Positions 54,648-64,000 of a stretch of 64,000 nt of DNA are shown one piece after another. Both the position numbers and the translations under genes were made by a program. Position 1 is the first letter of the stretch. Every line of letters begins with the position of its first letter. The stretch covers positions 11,510-75,509 of the forward strand of contig JAXLZV010000001.1 of NCBI GenBank assembly GCA_046350755.1. The letters are read 5' to 3'. The notes under the pieces are model-generated. The model had not been told where the DNA came from. It saw only the letters and a list, made by a program, of their open reading frames with translations, and ran no database searches. This DNA comes from Candidatus Saccharimonadota bacterium. Lineage in GTDB: Bacteria; Patescibacteriota; Saccharimonadia; CAILAD01; GCA-016700035.

Positions 54648-55268
54648 TTAGGATAAGTCATCATCTTCGATTGAGCCGACAACCCGGCGATAAATAAAGT
54701 AGCCCAGGCTAATCAGCACCCCTACGAGGACGAGGTAGGAAAGTGGCTTGATGTTGGCGGCGATGAGCTCATATTGTTCACCCAGGACAAAGCCACCAAA
54801 ACTCAGTATGGCGCTCCAGGCTAATGCTCCAAGAAACGACAACAGCAGAAAAGGAATGAGCTTCATTTTATGGAGTCCAGCTGGAAGAGAAATGAGCGAG
54901 CGCATTCCCGGGAGCAAGCGGGCAAAAAACACGGCTGACAGGCCATGCTTCTCAAACCAATTGGCTGAACGAGTAATGTCTTTTGGTTTCAAGCCAATAT
55001 ATTTCCCATACTTTTTCACAAAAGCTAGCAAATGATGCTCCTGGAGGGCACTACCGATCGTATAAAATAAGCCGGCTCCCACCAAGGAACCAAGCGCACC
55101 GGCGACGATCACACCGTAGATATTGAGCTGACCACGGTAGGCTGCATAGCCGCCAAACGGCAAAATCAGCTCAGAGGGAAGGGGAGGGAAAATAGTCTCG
55201 ATAAACATGGCCAGGAATATCCCAAGATAGCCAAAATCGGCCACGATGTTGGTAATCGTATCGGTCAT
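54648..55268 (-). CDS. DedA-family membrane protein
   Basis: YLGIFLAMFIETIFPPLPSELILPFGGY is the DedA/SNARE-associated signature. Confidence 0.75.
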   Translation of the reverse strand: MTDTITNIVADFGYLGIFLAMFIETIFPPLPSELILPFGGYAAYRGQLNIYGVIVAGALGSLVGAGLFYTIGSALQEHHLLAFVKKYGKYIGLKPKDITRSANWFEKHGLSAVFFARLLPGMRSLISLPAGLHKMKLIPFLLLSFLGALAWSAILSFGGFVLGEQYELIAANIKPLSYLVLVGVLISLGYFIYRRVVGSIEDDDLS

Positions 55269-55510
55269 TAGGGCTTGTCCTGCTTACGCCGGATGAGCTT
55301 TTTGGAGATATTCTTTGCCGAGGTCTCAAGCTTTTGCTTCCAGTGGTGTGCCCAGGCAAATTCGGTGGCGAGGATCGCCAATCCAGCTATCATCAAAACG
55401 ATGCCGGGACCGGGGATACCGGGAAAGGAGAGGAGCAATCCTGCCACAAAGACAGCTACGCCAATAATGAAGATGAGGGTTTTTTTCGTTGCCCGGGCAA
55501 TATGTTTCAT
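55268..55510 (-). CDS. small PGPGW-family transmembrane protein
   Basis: The start is reset to MKHIARATKK after an AAGGAG RBS; GIPGPGIVLMIAGLAILATEFAWA. Confidence 0.5.
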   Translation of the reverse strand: MKHIARATKKTLIFIIGVAVFVAGLLLSFPGIPGPGIVLMIAGLAILATEFAWAHHWKQKLETSAKNISKKLIRRKQDKP

Positions 55511-55622
55511 CTCCTTATTGTAGCAAATGATTGATTGATTCTGCTCACGCTTTACATATCTAGCGTAGGAGAAAATAATGAGGTCAAACAAAGTAGGGAT
55601 GTTAATTATAAGGAGAATCATC

Positions 55623-55946
55623 ATGAAGACAATTACTATTAATCGCTTGAATGTCAGCTCGGTGGCCAAAGTCGTTGGATTTTACCAGGCAGTCATCGGC
55701 TTTGTAGTCGGCTTGGTCGTAACGATTGGTTCTGCAGCCCGCATTTTTTCTGAATCATCAGGCTTTTTGCAGGCCTTTGGCATCAGCGCCGCGGTGGCAG
55801 GCTTTGCAGTATTACTGTTCCCACTGGTGGCATTTGTCATTGGCTGGGTTCAGGGTGTAGTTTTGGCTTTCATCCTAAACGTCGTGTTTAAAGAATCAAA
55901 AGGACTCGAAATCGAGGTCGAAGAGGCTCCGCTCAAAAAGTCCTAA
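55623..55946 (+). CDS. small membrane protein, hypothetical
   Basis: The start is reset to MKTITINRL after an AAGGAGA RBS; three TM helices. Confidence 0.4.
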   Translation: MKTITINRLNVSSVAKVVGFYQAVIGFVVGLVVTIGSAARIFSESSGFLQAFGISAAVAGFAVLLFPLVAFVIGWVQGVVLAFILNVVFKESKGLEIEVEEAPLKKS

Positions 55947-56158
55947 CCACTGACTGGGGCCGAACCGAACACCTGTTTGCCCCGACAGTTCGCTTTTTGA
56001 CCAAAGCGTGGTATACTAGTGCTATCTAGAAGCACGTCCTTGTGGCGTGTCGACTCGCCGACGTGAGACTCCCAACCTCCCGAAGTGCGATTCTCATTCC
56101 AGAGTAGAGCAGTAACGGGTGCCAGACGATTCGTAAGTCGGTAGAAGTAGGAGAAAGA

Positions 56159-56422
56159 ATGTCAGCTAAGCTTTTTGTGGGATCACTCCCATATAGCACA
56201 ACAGATGAAGAATTGCGTGAGATGTTTGCCGGTGTCGGCACCGTCGAAAGTGCGAAAGTTATTTTCGACCGGGACACTCAGCGCTCGAAAGGCTTCGGCT
56301 TTGTCGAATTGTCTTCAGAAGAAGAAGCGCAAGCTGCTATCAAGCAGTTTGACGGCACTGAAATGGGCGGTCGTCGTATCGTCGTCAACATTGCCCGTCC
56401 GATGACGAATCGTCGCGACTAA
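56159..56422 (+). CDS. RRM-type RNA-binding protein
   Basis: RNP-2 LFVGSL and RNP-1 KGFGFVEL. 87 aa. Confidence 0.8.
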   Translation: MSAKLFVGSLPYSTTDEELREMFAGVGTVESAKVIFDRDTQRSKGFGFVELSSEEEAQAAIKQFDGTEMGGRRIVVNIARPMTNRRD

Positions 56423-56524
56423 ATTCACCTGGCTGTTTACTCAGCACATCAACACCCCCCTCGACTTTGTCAGCGGGTGTTTTTGTTTACGCCGCAAGTG
56501 ACCTGAATCTGATACAATACAGCT

Positions 56525-57229
56525 ATGCACGAGACGAAAACCCCCATCTACCCAAGCGAACTTATCATCATTCGACATGGACTGAGTGAGCTAAACGTTC
56601 GCAAAGCGATTGCTCTGGCCCGCAAGGAGGAAGACCGCATAATGGTCGAAGAAATCCGCGATGCAGATGTGCGCCTCACTGATGTCGGTCGACGTCAGGC
56701 CTTTCAAACCGGTGAAGCGATGGCCGCTAAGTTTGACCGCATCGATATCGCCTACGTTTCGCCCTTCGTCCGAACTCGCGATACTTTTCTCGAAATCCAA
56801 CGCGGTCTTGGCTATGATATGCCGGTCAATTATGAAGATCGTATCCGTGAGCGTGAATTTGGAATCTTTAGTCAGTTGACTATGCTGGGTATCGAGAAGC
56901 ATTATCCGCAAGAAGCCGCACGTATGCGACTCGAAGGGGATTACTATTACCGACCGCTCGGCGGCGAGAGCTATCCGGATATGGGGGTGCGGCTCCATAG
57001 CTGGCTGCACTCACTCTACCAACACCAGTCCGGTAAACGCATTCTTGTCGTTACTCATGCCGATGTTGTTCAGATGATTCGCAAGATGCTCGAGCGTTTG
57101 ACCGAGGCCCAACTACTGGAGCTGAATCGTACCGACGATGTACATAACTGTGGAGTCACCAGCTATCACTACGATGGTCACGTCGACTACCTCAAGCTAA
57201 CTAACTATAACGAGATATTATTCCAATGA
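56525..57229 (+). CDS. histidine phosphatase superfamily (phosphoglycerate-mutase-like) protein
   Basis: The RHG motif LIIIRHGLSELN, and a C-terminal His in VVTHADV. Confidence 0.7.
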   Translation: MHETKTPIYPSELIIIRHGLSELNVRKAIALARKEEDRIMVEEIRDADVRLTDVGRRQAFQTGEAMAAKFDRIDIAYVSPFVRTRDTFLEIQRGLGYDMPVNYEDRIREREFGIFSQLTMLGIEKHYPQEAARMRLEGDYYYRPLGGESYPDMGVRLHSWLHSLYQHQSGKRILVVTHADVVQMIRKMLERLTEAQLLELNRTDDVHNCGVTSYHYDGHVDYLKLTNYNEILFQ

Positions 57230-57948
57230 TGAAGAAAAAATTAGTATTTGATATTGAGATGGTCGGCGAAGACTTTGATGCTATGGATGAACTGACTCAG
57301 GCCGATCTCATGAAGAGCCTGCCAGACAAAGCGGTCGATCCGAAAAAATATGATTCCGAGTTTCGCGAGCTCAAGCGTAAACTCGTCTTTTCACCGCTAA
57401 CAGGCAAAGTCATTGCCATTGGTGTCTATGATCCAGATACGAAAAAAGGCGCTGTCTATTATGATGCCGGCTCGACGCAGCCCGAGGATCAAGAGATTGA
57501 TGAGATAAAGTATGTAGCTATGACCGAGGCCGAAATGTTGACCAAGTTTTGGGCATTAGCCGAAGTACATGATGAATTTATCAGCTTCTTTGGACGTCGG
57601 AGTGATGTGCCGTACATGATGATTCGTTCGGCGATCCATGGCGTACGACCGACCCGGGATCTGACCTCAAATCGCTACAATAACATGGCCGCTCCCAGCG
57701 CCACCCACTACGATGTATCGGAGCTTCTCACTTTCAACGGGCTAGCGATGTATCGTGGCAGCCTGCACCGCTGGTGCCGAGCCTTTGGAATCGATACACC
57801 GAAGACTGACGAGATGGCTGGGGATAAGGTTGATCAAGCCTACAAAGATGGGAAATATCTAGAGATCGCTCAATACAACGCGCTTGATCTCAAGGCTACT
57901 GCCGACCTCTATCATCATTGGGAGCGCTACTTTAAGCCACAGATGTAA
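57226..57948 (+). CDS. RNase-H-fold DEDDy-type 3'-5' exonuclease-like protein
   Basis: VFDIEMVG (DxE) and YNALD (YxxxD); overlaps the upstream stop by 4 nt. Confidence 0.45.
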   Translation: MMKKKLVFDIEMVGEDFDAMDELTQADLMKSLPDKAVDPKKYDSEFRELKRKLVFSPLTGKVIAIGVYDPDTKKGAVYYDAGSTQPEDQEIDEIKYVAMTEAEMLTKFWALAEVHDEFISFFGRRSDVPYMMIRSAIHGVRPTRDLTSNRYNNMAAPSATHYDVSELLTFNGLAMYRGSLHRWCRAFGIDTPKTDEMAGDKVDQAYKDGKYLEIAQYNALDLKATADLYHHWERYFKPQM

Positions 57949-57950
57949 TC

Positions 57951-58142
57951 ATGGAGCGTCCAGGAAGAGATATGCTACTTGGAATCGTCGCGATTGCCGT
58001 GGTCTGCATCGGTATTGCGGTGGCAATCATCATGGTCGAAGCAAGGGCTAACTGGGCGACCATTGTAAATGTGCTACTTGGCATACTTTTTCTCGGGATG
58101 GGCGTGTGCATTGCAGTTGGCTATTGGGTGTATAAGGACTAA
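57951..58142 (+). CDS. small two-TM membrane protein
   Basis: A 63-aa hydrophobic ORF directly following the exonuclease-like gene. Confidence 0.35.
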   Translation: MERPGRDMLLGIVAIAVVCIGIAVAIIMVEARANWATIVNVLLGILFLGMGVCIAVGYWVYKD

Positions 58143-59971
58143 GCTTTTGCGCCATGTCGCGCGCGCAGGGCGTTTAAAATCACCACCACATCCAAGCCCT
58201 CCTGTAAGATAGCGCCAATGACGGGTCGGATGCCGCCAATCGCAGCAATCAGCATCAGGATAACACTGACACTAATCCCAAAATATATACTCTGCATGGC
58301 TACTTTTGTTGTGCGTTGTGAGATCTCTACCGCCAGCGGCACGCGTGATAGATCGTCTAACATGATCACCACGTTGGCCGACTCACTTGCAGCCGTTGAG
58401 CCGCGCGCGCCCAGCGCAATCCCAACATCGGCAGCAGCCAGCGTCGGCGCATCGTTAATACCATCGCCGACCATAGCCACAGGACGGGCAGTTGGCTTGA
58501 GTCTCCGTAAGATACTGAGCTTATCTTTTGGCAAGAGCTCTGCATAGATGCGTGATATCCCGATACTGTGGCCGATGCGTTCGGCGACTGACTGTTTATC
58601 GCCAGTTAACATCAAGCGATTGCGGATGCCAAGCTGTTCAAGACGCCTCACCGTAGATTGGGCTTCTGGCCTGATTTCATCGGCAAACGTAATTACTCCC
58701 GCGAGTGTGCCAGCGCGGGCAACCAAAATATCAGTTGCCCGTACGTGCTTTACCTTCACTAAACCGCGAATTTTTTGCTCAGCCAAAAAGGCGTAATTGC
58801 CTACCAACACTGTGCTTGTCCCTACACGCGCCATTACTCCGCGACCAGGGACTTCCTCAACATTCTTGATCTGAACTAGCCCAATCTGACGGTCCTTAGC
58901 AGCCTTAGTAACCACAGCCGCAAAAATATGCGCTGAGCCAGCTTCGACACTGGCCGCATACTTGAGCACATTGGCTTGACTCATGCCAAAACCGCGAATT
59001 TCACTGACTTCCGGCTGACCTTTGGTAAGAGTGCCGGTTTTATCAAACGCAATAGTACGCACCCTCGAAAGCACCTCTAGTGAGCCGCCATCCTTAACGA
59101 TAATCCCATGCCGCGCGGCTCGACTCATACCGGCCACGATCGCCACCGGGGTGGCAATAAGTAACGGGCAGGGAGTAGCAACCACCAGTACCTCCAGCGC
59201 TCGAATCGCCTGTCCAGTAAAATACCAGGCTAAGCCAGCAATGATGAACGTTATTAACGTAAACGGAATGCTAAACTGGTCGGCTAATCGGACAAGCGGC
59301 GAACGCGATGAAGCCGCTTCTCGTACCAGTTTGACGATTTGTTCGTACTGGCTATTCCGACTATCTCGCAATACCTGAATTTCGATCAGCTCATCTAAGT
59401 TAACGGCTCCGGATAGCACCAATCCGCCCTTGGTGATGGAGACCGGTAAGCTTTCACCAGTCAAGGCGGCCTCGTCTAGATGAGAGCTCCCAGCCACCAC
59501 CTTACCGTCTGCCGGCACGACTTCACCCGGTTTAACGATCAGCGTGTCGCCGACGACAATCTGGGCGACGGTAATATCGTCATAACTTTTGCCGTGCTTC
59601 CGATGAGCCAGTTTGGGCGATCGCTTGAGCAGGGCAGTGAGTTCTTTCTTCGCCCTAGCTTGAGCGTAATCTTCCAGCGCTTCACCACTCGTCAACATCA
59701 GTAGCACAACTGCACCAGCTAAATATTCTCCAAGCGCCAGTGAAGCCACGATAGCCGTGATAGCGATAATATCGATACCGATTTTTCCGGACAAGATTTC
59801 GCGTATCATTCGCCAAGCAATCGGCAAAGTGCCGATGAAGGTGCCGCCTGCCAGGATAAACTCTGCAGCCAGACGATAACCTAGCACATAGCTGGCTAGG
59901 CCAACCACTAGTACGCTAGCTATAAAGAAAATTCGACCATATCGACGGATAAATGAGCGGACACGTTTCAC
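58139..59971 (-). CDS. P1B-type heavy-metal P-type ATPase lacking an N-terminal metal-binding domain
   Basis: CPC motif (VATPCPLLIATP), DKTGTLT, GDGINDAP, TGES-like LTGESLP. 610 aa. Confidence 0.8.
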   Translation of the reverse strand: MKRVRSFIRRYGRIFFIASVLVVGLASYVLGYRLAAEFILAGGTFIGTLPIAWRMIREILSGKIGIDIIAITAIVASLALGEYLAGAVVLLMLTSGEALEDYAQARAKKELTALLKRSPKLAHRKHGKSYDDITVAQIVVGDTLIVKPGEVVPADGKVVAGSSHLDEAALTGESLPVSITKGGLVLSGAVNLDELIEIQVLRDSRNSQYEQIVKLVREAASSRSPLVRLADQFSIPFTLITFIIAGLAWYFTGQAIRALEVLVVATPCPLLIATPVAIVAGMSRAARHGIIVKDGGSLEVLSRVRTIAFDKTGTLTKGQPEVSEIRGFGMSQANVLKYAASVEAGSAHIFAAVVTKAAKDRQIGLVQIKNVEEVPGRGVMARVGTSTVLVGNYAFLAEQKIRGLVKVKHVRATDILVARAGTLAGVITFADEIRPEAQSTVRRLEQLGIRNRLMLTGDKQSVAERIGHSIGISRIYAELLPKDKLSILRRLKPTARPVAMVGDGINDAPTLAAADVGIALGARGSTAASESANVVIMLDDLSRVPLAVEISQRTTKVAMQSIYFGISVSVILMLIAAIGGIRPVIGAILQEGLDVVVILNALRARHGAKA

Positions 59972-60027
59972 ACCCCTATCGTACCAGAAGCAGAATGATT
60001 TTTCTTATGTTTGTCACGCTGAAACTA

Positions 60028-60073
60028 TTGACAAGTAAATACTTTTAGTGTAGCGTAGTACGGTTTACCCAAA
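60028..60073 (+). promoter_or_regulatory. conserved promoter/leader motif, copy 3 (TTGACA-N17-TAGCGT + AGTACGGTTTACCCAAA)
   Basis: Same architecture and same orientation relative to its downstream gene as copies 1 and 2. Confidence 0.45.
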
Positions 60074-60106
60074 TCCAGAATCTACTTTTCGAAGGAGGTG
60101 ATCTGG

Positions 60107-61510
60107 GTGAACAGTACCCTGAAATACATCCGCAATGTCATGTGCGTCATCGTCGGCGCCGGTAGCTTCGTCGTATGTAGCCCAACTACCTCCCTCGAAG
60201 CCGCTGCCGCCAACATCCCCAGTGCAAACTGTGTAGTGCAGCCCAGTGGTGTGATTTCGCCGTCGATGGCCGAAGGCTTTCGGGCTTTCTGGCCTCTGTA
60301 TGTGCAAATCGCGACTGCGGAAAATATTGACGCAATTTTGATTGCGCCGATTCACTACCGCGAACACTTTGGACGAGATAATCCGAGTAATGGCCAAGGT
60401 ATCTTCCAGCTGTACTCACTCGTTCAATCGGGGAGCGTATCCTTCCCGGATACTGATGGACAGCCCGTTGCTGACGAAGAATTTATTCGTCAGGGACGAC
60501 TGGCTATGCAGCTGCTCAAGGGCAAAGTTGACGCCCCATTGGATTCAGCACCTCCCGACGATACCGTGAAGTCAGCCTACTACGGTTATAACGGTCGTAA
60601 TCGACTGTATGCTTCACAGGCGCGTCCCGGGCAGGGTCCGTGGGATGGTTCGCCGTATGTCATGAATACTCCTGGTCAGCGCGAGCTGATTATGATGACT
60701 CATGACGGTGGCCTAGGTCCACGCCGGCTCGACAAACGACCAGGTGCCTGGCTCATCTACGAGGAGCTGCGCCGTCAATGTTCAGCGCCTCAACCGTCAA
60801 CTGTGACGCCGGCTACCGAGGGACAACCCTCAAGTACCAACACTGCCGGACTTGATTTTCTGCAATTCTTGAATCCAAATCTCTCCCCAGGAGGTAAAGT
60901 CATGAAGGAGTTCACGATCGAGTGGCAGCCCATTCATATGGATGGCGAGTTGACGCTTGTCATCCTGGCAGGGCTGTGTGCTCTCGCAGCAGCCTGGCTG
61001 CTCTACGATGGCAAGTGGAAGCGCCCGGAGGGCATCTTGCTCATCGGTACGTTGGCTAGCTCGGCTCTGGCCTTTGCGCTGCTGGCCGATCAGTTCGGTC
61101 GTCAGTGGAGCTATGACATGCTCTGGCAAAACCTGACAGCAATCGTCAGTGCAATTGGCGCTTGGCTGGCTTATCCACCTCGGGTAACGGCAGTCAAAAC
61201 TGCGCTGGTTGGCATGCTGATCATCAATATGGTACTCTTCAGCGTCCGCCTGAAGACCAACGGCCGTGATGCATTCAGCGACATCGGTCGGATGTTCAAG
61301 CCACTGTTGACCACCAGCCTGAACTTGCTGCGCAAGATCATGGGCTGGCGACTGCTGTGGACGTTCATCGCTGCCATTTTCACCCTGATTGTCGCGGCCT
61401 CGCGACTACAAGGGGATACCTGGATGTATGGTTCGTCGATCAGTAGCCTAGTCGGCATCACCTGTATCTTCTTGATCGTCAAGAAGTCCAAGGCGAGCAT
61501 CGCTGAATAG
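60107..61510 (+). CDS. hypothetical exported/membrane protein (N-terminal 270-aa extracytoplasmic domain plus C-terminal 5-TM domain)
   Basis: The GTG at 60107 lies 9 nt after AGGAGG. N-terminal hydrophobic segment, then TM helices after aa 280. No catalytic motif recognised. Confidence 0.5.
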   Translation: MNSTLKYIRNVMCVIVGAGSFVVCSPTTSLEAAAANIPSANCVVQPSGVISPSMAEGFRAFWPLYVQIATAENIDAILIAPIHYREHFGRDNPSNGQGIFQLYSLVQSGSVSFPDTDGQPVADEEFIRQGRLAMQLLKGKVDAPLDSAPPDDTVKSAYYGYNGRNRLYASQARPGQGPWDGSPYVMNTPGQRELIMMTHDGGLGPRRLDKRPGAWLIYEELRRQCSAPQPSTVTPATEGQPSSTNTAGLDFLQFLNPNLSPGGKVMKEFTIEWQPIHMDGELTLVILAGLCALAAAWLLYDGKWKRPEGILLIGTLASSALAFALLADQFGRQWSYDMLWQNLTAIVSAIGAWLAYPPRVTAVKTALVGMLIINMVLFSVRLKTNGRDAFSDIGRMFKPLLTTSLNLLRKIMGWRLLWTFIAAIFTLIVAASRLQGDTWMYGSSISSLVGITCIFLIVKKSKASIAE

Positions 61511-61596
61511 TTGATCACCTCACACCCCGGAGTAGAGTACAACCTCTCTCCGGGGTTTTCATATATACTAATTAAGTAGATAAGGGAGATCCGAAT

Positions 61597-62061
61597 ATGG
61601 AGGTAGGGAATACGGCAGCTGATTTTAGTCTGCTCGACCAGATGGGTAAAGCACATAGCTTAGCAGAGCTCAAGGGAAAGCACACGTTAGTCTACTTTTA
61701 TCCAAAAGATGACACCCCCGGCTGCACCGCCCAAGCTTGCTCGTTACGTGATAATCTCGAAGAACTACGCGGCCTGGGCGTAGAAGTCTTCGGCGTGTCA
61801 GGTGACTCAGTCGAGAGCCATAAGAAATTTGCCGCTAAGTACGACTTGCCGTTTCCAGTTCTATCCGACCCCGACAAAACAATGATCGAGGCCTATGGAG
61901 CCTGGGGGGAGCGCAATATGTACGGACGAAAATTTATGGGTATCATCCGTTCAGCCGTCTTGATCGGACCAGATCTTAAAATCGAGGCGCATTGGCCAAA
62001 GATTCAACCTCTCAAAACTGTTCCAACTGTTACAGCCTGGATGGAAGAGCATACTCACTAA
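61597..62061 (+). CDS. bcp: peroxiredoxin Bcp (thiol peroxidase, AhpC/TSA family)
   Basis: FYPKDDTPGCTAQAC contains the peroxidatic Cys motif. Confidence 0.8.
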   Translation: MEVGNTAADFSLLDQMGKAHSLAELKGKHTLVYFYPKDDTPGCTAQACSLRDNLEELRGLGVEVFGVSGDSVESHKKFAAKYDLPFPVLSDPDKTMIEAYGAWGERNMYGRKFMGIIRSAVLIGPDLKIEAHWPKIQPLKTVPTVTAWMEEHTH

Positions 62062-62093
62062 GTTGCGCTGGTAACTTTGCTATACTACTCACT

Positions 62094-63548
62094 ATGAAGA
62101 ATTCAGCTGTTCGCGTCCGCTTTGCACCATCACCGACTGGTTTTCTGCATATCGGTGGGGTACGCACGGCCCTCTTTAACTATCTCTATGCCAAAAAGCA
62201 TGGCGGTAAGTTTATCTTGCGGCTCGAAGACACCGACCGTGAGCGCTTCGTTGGAGAAGGCGTCGGACAGATTGTTGAAGTGCTCAAATGGCTAGGCCTC
62301 GAACCCGATGAAGGCTATTGGGAAGATACGCACAGTGGTGAGTTTGGTCCATATATTCAGTCCGAGCGACTGCCAAATTATCAACAGTCGGCCGACCAGC
62401 TCATCGAACAAGGGCTGGCCTATCGCAGCTACATAGCGCCAGACGATTTTACGCAGCAGCGTCAGGCGGCAATTGATGCCAAGCAGCCATTCGTGTATCG
62501 CCGCAGCATGGAGCCATCCGACGCCAGCTCAACTAATGCACCAATTCGCCTCGATATCGATGCTCTGACACAAAAGCTTGGTAGTCAGACCGTGACGTGG
62601 AATGACGAGGTGAGGGGTGAATTTTCAGTGGAATCAGCAATTATTGATGATTTTATCCTCATTAAGGCCGATGGTTTCCCAACATATAACTTTGCAAATG
62701 TCATCGACGATCATTTAATGAAGATTTCGCATATTTTGCGTGGTGACGAATTCATCAGCTCAACACCAAAACACGCCCTCCTCTATGACGCGCTAGGCTT
62801 CACGCGACCACGCTGGGCACATCTACCGGTTATCCTAGGAGCCGATGGTGCGAAGCTTTCAAAGCGACACGGCGATACCGATGCCTTACAGTATCGCGAC
62901 AAAGGCTATCTGCCAGATGCGCTGCTGAATTTTTTAGCGTTACTTGGCTGGAATGATGGCACCGAGCAAGAAATCTTTTCGCGTGATGAGCTGATTGATG
63001 CCTTTAGCTTAGAGCGAATCCAGAAAAGTCCCGCCAAGTTTGATCTCGAGCGGCTAAATTGGATGAATGGCTTATTCATTCGTGAGAAACTCAGCCAGGC
63101 GGAGTATTTAGATCTAGCTAAAGCTGCTATTACGGGCGCCAATCTTCCTTGGAACGCCGCGGCCGAAGCCGGGGCGCTACTCGAGCGTGATCGCATCAAG
63201 ACTCTAACCGAACTACCGCTGGTAGTAGATTTTTTTGTGCAACCACCGTTAGTCAATGAAACTATGATTACGCTTTTAACGAGCAAAAAACCAGCCGAGG
63301 TGATAGCTCAATTACTGGCGGCGGCTCATAGCGCCTTAGAAGCAATTGACTCGGACCACGACGCCATCGAGGCCGCACTTCGAGATCGGGCTCAGGAACT
63401 CAACCTCAAGCCAGGTGATTTTTTCTCAGCGATTCGCATAGCCATCACTGGTCGCACTCAAGCCCCTGGACTCTTCGAGACCATTGAAGCACTAGGTATC
63501 ACCGAAACCCAGCAGCGGATATCAGCTGCATCCTCCAAACTGCGCTAA
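62094..63548 (+). CDS. gltX: glutamyl-tRNA synthetase
   Basis: The start is reset to MKNSAVRVRFAPSPTGFLHIGG, which contains the HIGH motif; KLSKRHG is the KMSKS motif. Confidence 0.9.
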   Translation: MKNSAVRVRFAPSPTGFLHIGGVRTALFNYLYAKKHGGKFILRLEDTDRERFVGEGVGQIVEVLKWLGLEPDEGYWEDTHSGEFGPYIQSERLPNYQQSADQLIEQGLAYRSYIAPDDFTQQRQAAIDAKQPFVYRRSMEPSDASSTNAPIRLDIDALTQKLGSQTVTWNDEVRGEFSVESAIIDDFILIKADGFPTYNFANVIDDHLMKISHILRGDEFISSTPKHALLYDALGFTRPRWAHLPVILGADGAKLSKRHGDTDALQYRDKGYLPDALLNFLALLGWNDGTEQEIFSRDELIDAFSLERIQKSPAKFDLERLNWMNGLFIREKLSQAEYLDLAKAAITGANLPWNAAAEAGALLERDRIKTLTELPLVVDFFVQPPLVNETMITLLTSKKPAEVIAQLLAAAHSALEAIDSDHDAIEAALRDRAQELNLKPGDFFSAIRIAITGRTQAPGLFETIEALGITETQQRISAASSKLR

Positions 63549-63642
63549 TTAAAGCAGTGGGATTGATTATTAATCATTACTGTAGGGAATATCTATGTGT
63601 TCTGTAGCTGCAAACGTGCTAAAACTCAAAGAACGCGCGGAA

Positions 63643-64000
63643 TTAGGGCGCATTCAGTACTTCTCGATAATTTAAAATGCTGAACGTACCGCTCAATGGG
63701 AAGGATGGTGGAGGGGTAAATCTCAGTTTTTTATCGTAACTATTGAGGGTTGTTGCATATCCATCAACTGGCGTCTGATTACCTCCCGAGACATATGTCC
63801 ATGTCCAATACTGGTTTGTGGCAATTGCACCGTATACTACTATGTTGCCTTTCACTGTTTGATTACAGTTCGTACCAGCCAAAGTATCTTTTTGATACCA
63901 TACATGTCCATTTTGTGCGAGCATAGCTGCATTTATTTCAAGATTATTTGGCGCTTGGCGGGATACTTTAACATCTTTTTGGGCAATAAGCCCCAGCGCT
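63643..64000 (-). CDS. 3' part of a gene whose start lies beyond the window end (hypothetical secreted protein)
   Basis: The minus-strand frame is open from 64000 down to the stop at 63643 (..ALGLIAQKDVKVSRQAPNNLEINAAMLAQNGHVWYQ..). Function unknown. Confidence 0.4.
   Translation of the reverse strand, partial: ALGLIAQKDVKVSRQAPNNLEINAAMLAQNGHVWYQKDTLAGTNCNQTVKGNIVVYGAIATNQYWTWTYVSGGNQTPVDGYATTLNSYDKKLRFTPPPSFPLSGTFSILNYREVLNAP

Noticed and set aside
56447-56490. Terminator after the RRM gene
   Set aside because: The candidate stem (CACCCC..GGGTG) encloses a loop of about 17 nt and the T-run is interrupted, which is too weak to call.

Overview
This 64-kb window comes from a compact bacterial genome with about 50% GC, tightly packed or overlapping genes and the standard genetic code. 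Several features point to a monoderm (Gram-positive-type) envelope: a short SecE, an LAxTG sorting signal, polyprenyl-phosphate-dependent glycosylation genes and a standalone MprF C-terminal-like domain. Lineage cannot be fixed from the sequence alone; candidates are CPR/Saccharibacteria, Chloroflexi or a similar group. Housekeeping content is secE-nusG-rplK-rplA, rplJ-rplL, dnaX-dnaB, ybaB-recR, cysS, glmS, gltX, bcp, one tRNA-Gln(UUG), a DEAD-box helicase, an RRM protein and two P-type ATPases. Accessory content includes a carotenoid cluster (crtI-crtE-crtB, a split lycopene cyclase and an elongase-glycosyltransferase fusion). A 10-kb island splits rplKA from rplJL and carries dcd-tmk, a divergent ThyX-like gene, a 2103-aa protein with 18 NHL repeats and a histidine-kinase-like C-terminus, and an orphan receiver. 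There is also a GtrA/GT-C/GT2 glycosylation locus, a GC-rich island at the tRNA-Gln with a CE4 deacetylase, and a lipid-remodelling cluster. The window also holds a family of secreted or signal-anchored carbohydrate-active enzymes that share a portable N-terminal module, and three secreted-protein genes that share an extended promoter/leader motif. Several simple-sequence repeats sit at positions where copy-number change would alter gene structure (a T7 tract that frameshifts a surface-protein gene) or lie in a gene overlap or promoter region (a GCTTTGG triplet and a GATAGTA array). No rRNA, CRISPR array, transposase or integrase was seen.
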